From: a virus
Taxonomy: Duplodnaviria > Caudoviricetes
DNA length: 29,826 nucleotides
Strand: one strand, 5' to 3'
Virus record (IMG/VR): IMGVR_UViG_3300037465_000496
Location: 1-29,826 of that record
In this document: positions 18,220-26,441 of the stretch, in pieces
Position numbering within the stretch: position 1 is the stretch's first letter
Layout: every line of letters starts with the position of its first letter
The notes under the pieces: model-generated
The model's input: the letters and a program-made list of their open reading frames with translations, nothing else
What the model was told of the DNA's origin: nothing
Database searches by the model: none
Position numbers and translations under genes: made by a program

Positions 18220-19329
18220 CTAGGACCGGGTGCACCCGTTGGCCAGCAGCTCGCGGACCGCGAACTGGCTCTCCAGGATAACGTACGCGATGTCCGCGTC
18301 CTGGTTGGAGGTCTCCAGGTGGTCGGTGAACTTGGTCACCTTGAAGTCGTAGCCCTTGTTGATCCACAGCTCGATGGTGTTCGGGTTGAGGAAGTAGATC
18401 GCGTCGTCGATGTTGCCGCCGGACCCAGCGAAGTTGCCGAGCGCCGCGGCGGTCATCCAGCGGTTGGAGAAGTACTTGATTCCCCCGGCGATCAGCACCA
18501 CCTTGTGGGCACGCCCATTCTCGATGTCGTCGGGGGTGTAGACGATCGCGGAGCTGCCGCCGCCCGGGTAGCTGCGGACCTCGTCGCCCAGCGCCTGGTG
18601 CTCGGTGAGGCCGAGGATGCCGAGTGAGATGCCCTCCTCGTCCTCGCAGTAGGTGTCCGCGCGCAGCTTCACCAGCTCGGCGGCCTTGAGCGCGTCCGTG
18701 CCGATGCCCGTGTTCGCCGCGAACTGGTTGTACCAGTTGTCCTCGTCGTTCGTGGAGTCCTCGGTCCGGGCCTCGTTGAGGTAGGTGTTCCCGTTGGTGT
18801 CCTGGGTCGTGGGGGTGTCGAACTCCAGGGCACCGTTCACGAAGCCGGAGCTGGTGCCGTTGGCGTTGTTCGCCGCCGACCGGCCACCGTTGAGCGTGCC
18901 CACGGCGGCGAGCTTGCCGGCAGACGAGGTGTCGCCCAGGTAGACGCGGCGGCAGTAGTCGTTCTTGAACGACTGCACCACGGCGTTCACCGTGTCCATC
19001 ACGTGGGCCTTCTTCTGCTCCGCCGACTCCATCCGGCTGATGTCCGGGTGCGCGATGATGATCGGCTTGATGTGCCGGCCCCAGTCGCCGGTCATGGAGG
19101 AGAAGGTCTCCTTCTTGGTCAGGGCGACCGAGAGGTTGGACCCGTTGATCTCGGTGATGTCCGAGTGGCCGGACTTCACGCGCACGATGCGCACGTGGCT
19201 GCCGCCCGATTTCTTGACCATGCCCTTGGCGCGCAGCTCCTTCATGAGCTGGTCGTTGTAGAAGAACGACTGCACGCTCTTCGGCATGACCTCGGGGACG
19301 GTGCGGTTCAGGTATTCGAGGAGGGCCAC
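18220..19329 (-). CDS. Major capsid protein (369 aa)
   Basis: GTG with GGGAG RBS; size and position between scaffold and cement; HK97-type pattern (KKSGGSHVRIV E-loop, long spine helix VMDTVNAVVQSFKNDYCRRVYLGD, IYFLNPNTIEL). Confidence 0.85.
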   Translation of the reverse strand: MALLEYLNRTVPEVMPKSVQSFFYNDQLMKELRAKGMVKKSGGSHVRIVRVKSGHSDITEINGSNLSVALTKKETFSSMTGDWGRHIKPIIIAHPDISRMESAEQKKAHVMDTVNAVVQSFKNDYCRRVYLGDTSSAGKLAAVGTLNGGRSAANNANGTSSGFVNGALEFDTPTTQDTNGNTYLNEARTEDSTNDEDNWYNQFAANTGIGTDALKAAELVKLRADTYCEDEEGISLGILGLTEHQALGDEVRSYPGGGSSAIVYTPDDIENGRAHKVVLIAGGIKYFSNRWMTAAALGNFAGSGGNIDDAIYFLNPNTIELWINKGYDFKVTKFTDHLETSNQDADIAYVILESQFAVRELLANGCTRS

Positions 19330-19376
19330 GCGAGACTCCCTGGACTGTCACCACCTCGTCCCGCGTCAACAGCACG

Positions 19377-20300
19377 TCACCCCAGCAGGTGGTCGTGCCT
19401 CGACATCAGATCGTCCCAGGACTCGTCCTCGACCTTCCGCACGCGATCGCCGGTGGGCCTGGATCCGCCCAGCGCGGCCTGGCGCTTCGCTTCCTGGGGA
19501 TCCTTGGCAGGCGCCGCCGGCCTGGCGCCGCCGCGCTCCAGGGCCTTGCAGCCGGCCTCCTTGCAGGCCTCCTGCATCGCGCGCTCCAGGCGCTGGAGCA
19601 TGTTGGCGCCACCCAACTCCATCAGGCGCGCAGGCTTGCCGTCCCCGCCCTCGACGATTCTCCCGAAAGCCGCCTTGGCGGCGCTCGGGAGCGCCTTGAA
19701 GCCGTCGCCGTAGAGCGCGTCGAACGCTTCCCAGGCGGTGCCGTTGATGTCCGCGATCAGCAGGTCGTTGACCTTCTGCTGGGCGATGAAGACCTGGCTG
19801 GACTCCACCGCCTTGGGGTCGCCGCCGTCCTTCTCCAGGGCCTCGGCCAGTCCCAGCAGCCGGTCCTCGGCCGCCTTGAGGCTCTGCGCGCGGTTGCCGG
19901 CCTCGGTCTTCAGCTTCTCGGCCTCGGCGTACTTCTGGGAGAGCAGGCCCTGGACCTCGCCCAGGAACTTCCGCACCTTCGGTTGGTGCTCCTCGGGCAG
20001 CCAGTCGAGCTTGACCTTGGCGAGGTCCGCCGAGTCCTTGTCGGCCTCATCGAAGACGAGCAGCCCCTGCTCTTCCCCCGCGCCCGCCGGCGCGGCGTCC
20101 TCACGCTCCGGGGAGTCCGATTCCGGGGAGACCGGTTCCGGCTCCTGGGGCTCCGGCTCCGGCGGAGAGTCCAGGAGCTGCTGGCGCGCCGCCTCCGCCG
20201 GGTCCGCCTGCGGGGATTCCGGTGGCTGCTCCGGTTGGTCCGACACTTCCGGTGACTGCTCGGAGTTCGTCGAGGAGGGGTCGTCCGGCGGCAAGATCAT
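19377..20300 (-). CDS. Putative capsid scaffolding protein (307 aa)
   Basis: GAGGT RBS; acidic Pro/Glu-rich disordered N-terminus, coiled-coil middle and a short C-terminal helix (SWDDLMSRHDHLLG); immediately before the capsid gene. Confidence 0.7.
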   Translation of the reverse strand: MILPPDDPSSTNSEQSPEVSDQPEQPPESPQADPAEAARQQLLDSPPEPEPQEPEPVSPESDSPEREDAAPAGAGEEQGLLVFDEADKDSADLAKVKLDWLPEEHQPKVRKFLGEVQGLLSQKYAEAEKLKTEAGNRAQSLKAAEDRLLGLAEALEKDGGDPKAVESSQVFIAQQKVNDLLIADINGTAWEAFDALYGDGFKALPSAAKAAFGRIVEGGDGKPARLMELGGANMLQRLERAMQEACKEAGCKALERGGARPAAPAKDPQEAKRQAALGGSRPTGDRVRKVEDESWDDLMSRHDHLLG

Positions 20301-20658
20301 TGAGCACCTCTGTCAGGTTGTCGGTCTGAGAGAGGTCATACAACCCGGGCGCGAGCTTGTCCAGAGCCGCCTGGAGCTTCGAGATGACAGCCGGAGTGAT
20401 CGTGGTGTCCTTGCCCGAGGCGATCCCCAGCTCCACCAGCGCGGCGAGCGCGCCCTGCGTCGTCGCGGCATCCATGAGCCCCAGGTCCATCGGCGGACCC
20501 ACGGGAGCCGTCTGGTCTACGAAGCCGACGCCCTGGCCTGCCACGGCGCGCTGGAGGTCGGCGGCGCGCTGCATGACCATCGCCTCCAGTTCATCCAGGG
20601 ACGCCGTCTGCATCTGGGATTCGGACATCCCCCCTGTCGAGGGCGGAGGTAGCGGCAT
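20101..20658 (-). CDS. Hypothetical protein (up to 185 aa), overlapping both neighbours
   Basis: Fills the 20301-20590 gap with a helical protein and a Gly/Ala-rich tail; start could be 20658 or a slightly later Met. Confidence 0.6.
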   Translation of the reverse strand: MPLPPPSTGGMSESQMQTASLDELEAMVMQRAADLQRAVAGQGVGFVDQTAPVGPPMDLGLMDAATTQGALAALVELGIASGKDTTITPAVISKLQAALDKLAPGLYDLSQTDNLTEVLNDLAAGRPLLDELRAVTGSVGPTGAATGIPAGGPGGGGAPAAPGLSAGAGAPGAGTGLPGIGLPGA

Positions 20659-21106
20659 CGGTGCGGGCCTTCCAGTTCACGTACTGCGCGTCGGTCCACC
20701 CGGTCGCGTCCTTCACCTCGATCTTGTCGATGTAGTCGAGCGCCGCTTCCCGGCCGCCCTCGCGCCCGGCCGCACGGATCGCGCGCGCGTCCTCGGTCTC
20801 GGCCTCGGTCGTCTCCCGGTACTCGGAGACGGTCATGCGGCGCACGCCCAACTCGCGCTCGCGCGCTTCCATCTGGCTCTTGGTACGGATCTCGCGCCCG
20901 TTGCGGCGGTCCCGCGTGGAGAGGAGCTGCGAGTTGATGGCGTCGAGCCCCATGTGGATCGGACCGGAGATGGTGAAGCGCGAGAGAATCCGCTTCGCCT
21001 CGCCCCCGCAGTACGGACAGCCGACCGACTCCTGGCGTTCGGCCACCGGGAAGAACTCCTCGGTGCGCCGACAGCACACCCCGCAGCGGTACTCGTAGGC
21101 GGGCAC
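20591..21106 (-). CDS. FmdB-family zinc-ribbon protein (171 aa)
   Basis: N-terminal MPAYEYRCGVC...CPYCGGEAKRILS matches the MPxYxYxCxxC...CPxCG signature. Confidence 0.85.
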   Translation of the reverse strand: MPAYEYRCGVCCRRTEEFFPVAERQESVGCPYCGGEAKRILSRFTISGPIHMGLDAINSQLLSTRDRRNGREIRTKSQMEARERELGVRRMTVSEYRETTEAETEDARAIRAAGREGGREAALDYIDKIEVKDATGWTDAQYVNWKARTDAATSALDRGDVRIPDADGVPG

Positions 21107-21112
21107 GCGCGC

Positions 21113-21406
21113 TCAGGGCCAGCAGTACTGCGTGTCGAACTTGCCCTCTTCGAGCAGCCCCATGATCTCGGCATGGAAGTCGCCCAGCGCCTTGTCGCAG
21201 AGCTTCTTCTTCTCGTCGTCCGGGGCATCCTCGCAGATCCGGTGCAAGGTCTCCCGGAGCGTGTCCTGGAGCCGCCAGTACTTGTCCCGGAGGTCGGGCT
21301 TCTTGAGCTGGTACTTGAAGTCGAACTCCGAGCCCTTCACGGGCTCCTTCGACTCTTCCTTCTCCTCGTGCGAGTTGTAGTCCAGGTCCATGTCGTCGGT
21401 CGGCAT
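21113..21406 (-). CDS. Hypothetical acidic helical protein (97 aa)
   Basis: Strong GGAGG RBS; fills the gap between portal and Zn-ribbon genes. Confidence 0.7.
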   Translation of the reverse strand: MPTDDMDLDYNSHEEKEESKEPVKGSEFDFKYQLKKPDLRDKYWRLQDTLRETLHRICEDAPDDEKKKLCDKALGDFHAEIMGLLEEGKFDTQYCWP

Positions 21407-21439
21407 CGGGTCCTCCGGGGGTCGGAAGTATATCGTTCG

Positions 21440-23215
21440 TCAACTTTGTGGGATCGGAAGCGGCAGCGAGGGAGGGTTGGCCAGGTCGAACTGGGGCGGT
21501 CCCGCGGCGGCGCCGGGCATCGGAAGCACGTTGGCCGGGGCTGCGGCCTCATCAGGGGGCGGCGGGGGCGCGACCAGCGAGGGACGCAGCCCGAACTCGT
21601 CCACCAGCTCCCGGATCAGTTCGTGGCCATCCACGAGACCCTTCTCCGCGGCCGCGAGCAGGTGCACCAGCATCCGCTCCAGGTGCCCACGCCGCGCGAG
21701 CTTGTCCTCCATCGCCGGTGAGAAGGGCAGCAGGCGGAACTTCCCGGCCCAGTGCAGCAGGTCCTGGCGGATGATCTCGGGCCCCACGTCGTCCTGGGTC
21801 TCGTAGGTGATCCGCTCCAGGTCGATGCCCGAGACCTCGGGGTTCTCCAGCGCCCACCGCGTGACGTGCAGCATGTGCTTGAACATGCGCGAGACGACCT
21901 TCACCACCCGGTTGACCCGGGTGCCGAGCCGGCCCTCCACCGAGGACCGGAGCGCCTGCATCTCCTCCGCGGTGCGGATGTTCCGGTGGACGCCGCGCTG
22001 GTAGTCGGCCTCTCCCGCCACGCGACGGACGCCCACCATGTCGTCTTCCAGGTGCCGGTTGAAGTCGTAGGTGGACTGTGGCGGCTCCACGACGTGGTAG
22101 GCGTCCTGGAGCCGGCGCTGCGGGGGCACGTCCACGCGCGTGGGCTGCCACTGGCGGGCTTTGATGAACCGGGACCAGTCCTTCTCGTCCTTCCAGAAGG
22201 AGCGGTCGAAGAGCATCCGCGGGACCAGGCGGCGGACCATCTCCAGCCGGGCCGAGACCAGCTCGTTGATGTCCCGCTGGACCGGCGCCATCAGGCTCGT
22301 GTCGCTCACGCCCTCGACCCGCCCAACGCCCGGATGGAACACCAGCACCTCGTAGGGGTTCCGGTAGGGCGCCGCGACCTCCATCAGGAGCTGCCCGGTA
22401 TCGACATGCAGGTGGTAGACCCGCTGGCGCCGGAAGTCCCAGAACTCGACCAGCGAGACGTACTCCTTGAGCCCGGCCTTCCGCATCCGCTCTTCGGCGG
22501 GGTCCAGGGCGCCGGACGCGGTGGTCTGCTCGATCAGACTGCGCGGGTAGGAATCCGGGATGATCGGCTTCTGGGGGCTCGCCTCGTAGACGCCGCCCTC
22601 GATGCGGTTCTTGAAGTCCGCCCAGTGCACCGTGATCCGCTCGAAGACCCACGCCGCGTCCTGCGCGCGCCGGGCCGCGGGGTCGAAGAACACCTCCCAG
22701 GGCAGCGGGCACCGGACGATGGGGCGCCCGTGCTCGCGCGACCAGGAGACCTTCATCACGGCGTAGCGGAACAGCAGCGCGTTGAGGACCAGCTCCTGGG
22801 TGGTCTCGTCGAGGTCGTCCTCCTCGGCGAACAGGTTGAGGATGGCGCTCACCCGCCGGCCTCGGATCGTGGGATCCTGAGCCCGCCCGTAGACCTCCGC
22901 GCTGGAGAAGGTCTGCTTGATCGCCTCGACCTGCGGCAGGTCCATCGCCAGGGCCGACTTGATGGTGTCGAGGATCGGGAAGACCTCGTTCTGCTGCGCC
23001 CGGTAGTCCCGCACGTCCGTGTTTCGGATCAGCGTGGACCCGTCTCCCATCCAGAAGGAACCGCGGTAGTAGGCCAGGTTCCGCACCGCCTCGTCGGCGA
23101 GGTACTGCTGATAGACGTGCTCGGTCTGCTGCACCAGCGTCGTGAGGTGGCGCCCGAGCTTGGACCGGTCCTCGTAGACCTGGAGCGGATCTTCGGCGAT
23201 GGGGACGTTCGGCAC
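21440..23215 (-). CDS. Portal protein (591 aa)
   Basis: Directly after TerL; AGGAG RBS; NLAYYRG, PWEVFFDPAAR, LVEFWD, LMAPVQRDINELVS and RTAEE motifs typical of P22/podovirus-type portals; Pro-rich tail. Confidence 0.85.
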   Translation of the reverse strand: MPNVPIAEDPLQVYEDRSKLGRHLTTLVQQTEHVYQQYLADEAVRNLAYYRGSFWMGDGSTLIRNTDVRDYRAQQNEVFPILDTIKSALAMDLPQVEAIKQTFSSAEVYGRAQDPTIRGRRVSAILNLFAEEDDLDETTQELVLNALLFRYAVMKVSWSREHGRPIVRCPLPWEVFFDPAARRAQDAAWVFERITVHWADFKNRIEGGVYEASPQKPIIPDSYPRSLIEQTTASGALDPAEERMRKAGLKEYVSLVEFWDFRRQRVYHLHVDTGQLLMEVAAPYRNPYEVLVFHPGVGRVEGVSDTSLMAPVQRDINELVSARLEMVRRLVPRMLFDRSFWKDEKDWSRFIKARQWQPTRVDVPPQRRLQDAYHVVEPPQSTYDFNRHLEDDMVGVRRVAGEADYQRGVHRNIRTAEEMQALRSSVEGRLGTRVNRVVKVVSRMFKHMLHVTRWALENPEVSGIDLERITYETQDDVGPEIIRQDLLHWAGKFRLLPFSPAMEDKLARRGHLERMLVHLLAAAEKGLVDGHELIRELVDEFGLRPSLVAPPPPPDEAAAPANVLPMPGAAAGPPQFDLANPPSLPLPIPQS

Positions 23216-23224
23216 GTGGCTCTC

Positions 23225-24862
23225 CTACAAGTGCTGGCCCCAGGGGGTGTTCCAGCCCTCCCCGGTGCCCTCGCCGATCCGATGAAGCAGGCGCTCCCAG
23301 TTCTCGGTGGCCATCTCCTTCGGACTCCTGACCCTGCGGATCCGTCCACCGCTCACCTCGTGGAAGAAGATCCACACGGCGATCGCCAGCGCGGCCACCA
23401 GATCGAAGTGCCCGCCCTTCTCGTCCCGCTGGAGCTTGTCCCATTGGCCGCGGTAACCGGCGAGCTGGCGCAACAGCCGCATGGACGCGATCCCGATCTC
23501 CCGATCCTCGATCACGTCCTGGAGGTACGAGATGGCGGCGGCCTTGGTGGAGTGCCCACTCCAGAAGCCGGGCACCAGGGTGTCCGAAATCTCCCGGATG
23601 GAGTCCGCGGCCCGGCGGTGGAACACGTAGGGGTAGGCCAGCACCTCCAGCAGGTGCGAGAGCACCGCCTCGCCGACCCCGTTGGCCTCCACCGCGATGA
23701 TCGCGGAGTTGTAGCTGCGCGCCTGACGCGCCGCGAAGCTCGCCATCTTCCCGGCGGTGGTGAAACCGGTCCAGGTGGCCGCCACCTTGCAGTCGGTCAT
23801 GTCGAGAACCACCATCCCGAAGCGGTCCCGCTTCGACCAGGACCCCGCGGGGTCGATGGCGACGACGTAGCGGTGGTCCAGCTCCGGTTCGTGCAGCACC
23901 TCCCACTCGGCGGTCTCGGCGGTGAGCCCGGTCCCGCCGTCCAGGCGCTGCTTCCACTCCCAGAGCACCTCGGAATCGAAGATCGGGTCGCCGGCCAGCC
24001 CGAAGCACTCGTCGAGGTCGATCGGGTACTCGGAAATGAAGCGGTGGAGCTTGTTCTTGCACTTCGGCAGGCCGATGCTCTGCATCCAGAAGGCCTGCTC
24101 CGGGGTGAGCTTGTGCCGATGGGCGTAGTCGGCGACCTCGGCCTTGGGCTGCCAGCGTGGGGGCGGGATCGTCTGGTATTCCGAAAGCATCGTCCAAGGG
24201 ATGAACACCGTGAGCCAACGCGCGTAGGGGTCCTGGGACTCCTGCACCAGTTCGTGCAGCGGGTCCCCATGCGCGCGCGGGGTGGACTCGGCCACGACCA
24301 TCCCGTTCTCGTCCGGCACGGCGTTGAGCGCGGCGGTCATCGCGTTTTCGCCGTGGGCCTGCCACTGGGGGGCGGAGACCTCGGTGCAGACCATGAACTG
24401 GATCGTGTCGCCGCGGAAGGGCTCGGCGTCTCGGACCGAGCCGATCATCAGCCGGGAGTCCAGGTCGGGGAACTCCAACCACCGCTTGAGCTGCGTGTCC
24501 CGCCTCGGCCGAATCTCGGCCGGGGTGGTCTGGTAGAACCGCAATGCCATCCGGTTCAGCTTCTCGGCGGTCTCGTGGCGGTTGGCGAGGATGCCCACGT
24601 CGCACCCCCGCCGGAAGCCTGCGTTCTGGTAGCCGATCGCCGTGAAGAAGCTGGAGCTTCCCTCCTGGCGCGCCTTCACGTGCACGAGCCACTTCCGCTC
24701 GCGGTAGCACCGGATCATGGCGGCGGAGAGGATGCGCTGGGCCGAGTTGAGGAAGAAGTCCCTGAGCCCGCCCCGCTTCGGCCGGATCTGGAGCATGGGG
24801 CAGAAGTTCTGGGGGTCCCAGAACTCGCGCTCCTGCGGACGCCAGATCCGGCGCTGGGTCAT
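23225..24862 (-). CDS. terL: Terminase large subunit (545 aa)
   Basis: LNSAQ adenine-binding motif, Walker A KARQEGSS, Walker B FMVCTE, coupling motif EST, and RNase H-like nuclease motifs YVVAIDPAG, AVEANGVG, HFDLVAALAIA. Confidence 0.95.
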   Translation of the reverse strand: MTQRRIWRPQEREFWDPQNFCPMLQIRPKRGGLRDFFLNSAQRILSAAMIRCYRERKWLVHVKARQEGSSSFFTAIGYQNAGFRRGCDVGILANRHETAEKLNRMALRFYQTTPAEIRPRRDTQLKRWLEFPDLDSRLMIGSVRDAEPFRGDTIQFMVCTEVSAPQWQAHGENAMTAALNAVPDENGMVVAESTPRAHGDPLHELVQESQDPYARWLTVFIPWTMLSEYQTIPPPRWQPKAEVADYAHRHKLTPEQAFWMQSIGLPKCKNKLHRFISEYPIDLDECFGLAGDPIFDSEVLWEWKQRLDGGTGLTAETAEWEVLHEPELDHRYVVAIDPAGSWSKRDRFGMVVLDMTDCKVAATWTGFTTAGKMASFAARQARSYNSAIIAVEANGVGEAVLSHLLEVLAYPYVFHRRAADSIREISDTLVPGFWSGHSTKAAAISYLQDVIEDREIGIASMRLLRQLAGYRGQWDKLQRDEKGGHFDLVAALAIAVWIFFHEVSGGRIRRVRSPKEMATENWERLLHRIGEGTGEGWNTPWGQHL

Positions 24863-25329
24863 TCGTCGAAGCCCGACAGCCCCGCCCAGGCGCCGTACTC
24901 CTCCTCGTTCTCGTGGATCACCTCGCCTTCGACCTGGGCCGGCGGGGCCTGGGCCTCCTTCGCCAGCGCGGCGTCGGCGGCGTCCATCTCCTCCTCGGAG
25001 ATCGCGCCGGGCGCGCGCCCCTGGAACACGCCGAAGGGGCCCGCCTCGTCCACGCCGGGCGGTGGCGGGGGCTGCGGATTGTCGATCTGGCGGTTGGAAT
25101 CCGGCTTCTCACTGTTGGCGGCGCGCTTCCCCATCGGCCCCTTGATGTTCGCGCGCGCGTCCCGCAGGATCGGGAGCCACACGTCGGCCACGTCGGCCTT
25201 GCGGATCTGCCCGCGGGCGGCGGCCTCCATCAGGAATATGTAGCCGCGGGCCACCCCCTCGGGAGTGGAGAAGTCCAGGCCCTGGATGGTCTCGGTGAGC
25301 CATTTCAAGTTCTTGTGGGGCCTGCTCAC
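24859..25329 (-). CDS. Putative terminase small subunit (156 aa; start MSRPHKNL)
   Basis: GTG at 25329 overlaps the upstream TGA (GTGA) with GGAGG upstream; its TGA overlaps the TerL ATG. Function inferred from position only. Confidence 0.5.
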   Translation of the reverse strand: MSRPHKNLKWLTETIQGLDFSTPEGVARGYIFLMEAAARGQIRKADVADVWLPILRDARANIKGPMGKRAANSEKPDSNRQIDNPQPPPPPGVDEAGPFGVFQGRAPGAISEEEMDAADAALAKEAQAPPAQVEGEVIHENEEEYGAWAGLSGFDE

Positions 25330-25832
25330 TTGGCCGCCTCCATCAGCATCTCGGGGGTGAGGCCGAGTTCCCCCTCGGGGTCCAGGACCACCAGCAGGCA
25401 CTGGATGAAGTCCTCGTCGGTCTTCAACACCTCTTCGGCGCGCTGGAGCGTGTTGAACACCGCCTGGCGCGTGCAGCCGTGCCGGCGGCCGATGTCCTCC
25501 AGGGACATGCCCTGGAACCGCAGCTCCACCCGCTCGGCCTGGCTCTCGGTGAGCTTGGCGCGGAGCACGCGCCGGATGCGGTGGTCCATCTCGCCGCCCG
25601 AACCCATGAAGTCGGTGGCGCAGGGGCGGCGCGCAAGGATCCACTCCATGTAGGAGTCCACCGTGGACGTGCCCGAGGGCGAGATGGTGATCTCGCGCCC
25701 CACCTGCGTGCGAGATTCCAGCGCTTTCCAGCAGGCGTTTCGCACGAACTGAGAGAAGCCGCGGTCGTCCTCCCCGATCTCGCGCTGGATGGCGCTGACG
25801 AGCGGCCTGGGGAACTGGATCAGCTTCTTCAT
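25326..25832 (-). CDS. Transcription regulator: N-terminal ribbon-helix-helix plus C-terminal sigma70 region-4-like HTH (168 aa; start MKKLIQFP)
   Basis: MKKLIQFPRPLVSAIQREIGEDDRGFSQFVRNACWKALE fits the strand-helix-helix RHH pattern; LTESQAERVELRFQGMSLEDIGRRHGCTRQAVFNTLQRAEEVL fits sigma4/LuxR-type HTH. Confidence 0.75.
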   Translation of the reverse strand: MKKLIQFPRPLVSAIQREIGEDDRGFSQFVRNACWKALESRTQVGREITISPSGTSTVDSYMEWILARRPCATDFMGSGGEMDHRIRRVLRAKLTESQAERVELRFQGMSLEDIGRRHGCTRQAVFNTLQRAEEVLKTDEDFIQCLLVVLDPEGELGLTPEMLMEAAK

Positions 25833-25847
25833 GGGCGAAGAGTCCAC

Positions 25848-25877
25848 TTTACACAGGCCTCGCCCTGACATTACGCT
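25848..25877 (+). promoter_or_regulatory. Candidate sigma70 promoter for the plus-strand gene, overlapping a divergent -10-like element
   Basis: TTTACA (25848-25853), 18 bp spacer, TACGCT (25872-25877). On the minus strand TAAAGT (25851-25846) lies 13 nt upstream of the regulator ATG. Confidence 0.5.
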
Positions 25878-25906
25878 GACGACGCACCCGTAGCAAGGAG
25901 TCCCCG

Positions 25907-26434
25907 ATGTCCGATACCGACAGCACGCCCCCCTGGGCCCACGCCGAGAAGCCCACGACGCCACCAACGGGGGTCTCTGCGCTCACGGCGAAGCAAGCCG
26001 TGGACCAGATCGAGGAGAGTGGGGACGTGGACCAACTCAAGACCTGGCTCGCGCAGGAGAAGGCCGAGAAGAAGCGCGTCACCGTGGTGGAAGCCCTCGA
26101 GGAGCGCATCAACGATCTCGGCGCGCCGCCCGAGAAGGTGATCGCCGCGCCGCCGGCCCCGGCCCCACCCGCTCCGGTCCAACCCAAGGCGCCGCAGGGC
26201 CGGAAGATCGGCATCAAGCTGTACAGCGGGCAGCGCGAGATCGCCTACACCGCCGACTCGCTGAGCGAAGCCAGCCGGATCTGCAAGCAGATCCACAATC
26301 AGCGCCGGAACCCGGGGCGCGCCCCGATGGTGACGTTGGGCCCCAACAGGGTCGCGGTCCTCTTCACGCTGGACTCCGTCGAACTGGACGGCGTGCCGGC
26401 GGGATGGGATCCCTTCGGGCTGGCCAACGAGTAG
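25907..26434 (+). CDS. Hypothetical two-domain protein (175 aa) with a small helical N-domain
   Basis: AAGGAG RBS, candidate promoter and terminator; helical domain LTAKQAVDQIEESGDVDQLKTWLAQEKAEKKRVTVVEALEERINDL, Pro/Ala linker, alpha/beta C-domain. Confidence 0.8.
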   Translation: MSDTDSTPPWAHAEKPTTPPTGVSALTAKQAVDQIEESGDVDQLKTWLAQEKAEKKRVTVVEALEERINDLGAPPEKVIAAPPAPAPPAPVQPKAPQGRKIGIKLYSGQREIAYTADSLSEASRICKQIHNQRRNPGRAPMVTLGPNRVAVLFTLDSVELDGVPAGWDPFGLANE

Positions 26435-26441
26435 GCCGACC

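Noticed and set aside
21427-21444. TTGACG close to TATACT (and TTGACC next to TACAAT at 11588-11600) read as complete sigma70 promoters
   Set aside because: Spacers are 5 and 1 bp rather than about 17, and the TGA in each is the upstream stop codon.
24370-24680. Non-canonical terminase Walker motifs (KARQEGSS, FMVCTE) as a sign of inactivation
   Set aside because: KxRQxGxS and Walker B variants ending in SE or TE occur in this terminase group, and the nuclease acidic residues are present.
8462-24710. Long alternative-frame minus-strand ORFs (8462-11584, 21552-24710 and others) and 5' extensions of the 13038, 13832 and 16060 ORFs
   Set aside because: Arg/Gly/Pro-rich off-frame translations overlapping better-supported genes; real starts were assigned from RBSs and stop/start overlaps.
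21752-25243. 1163-aa plus-strand ORF over portal and terminase
   Set aside because: Same in-register antisense shadow; no RBS or recognisable domain.
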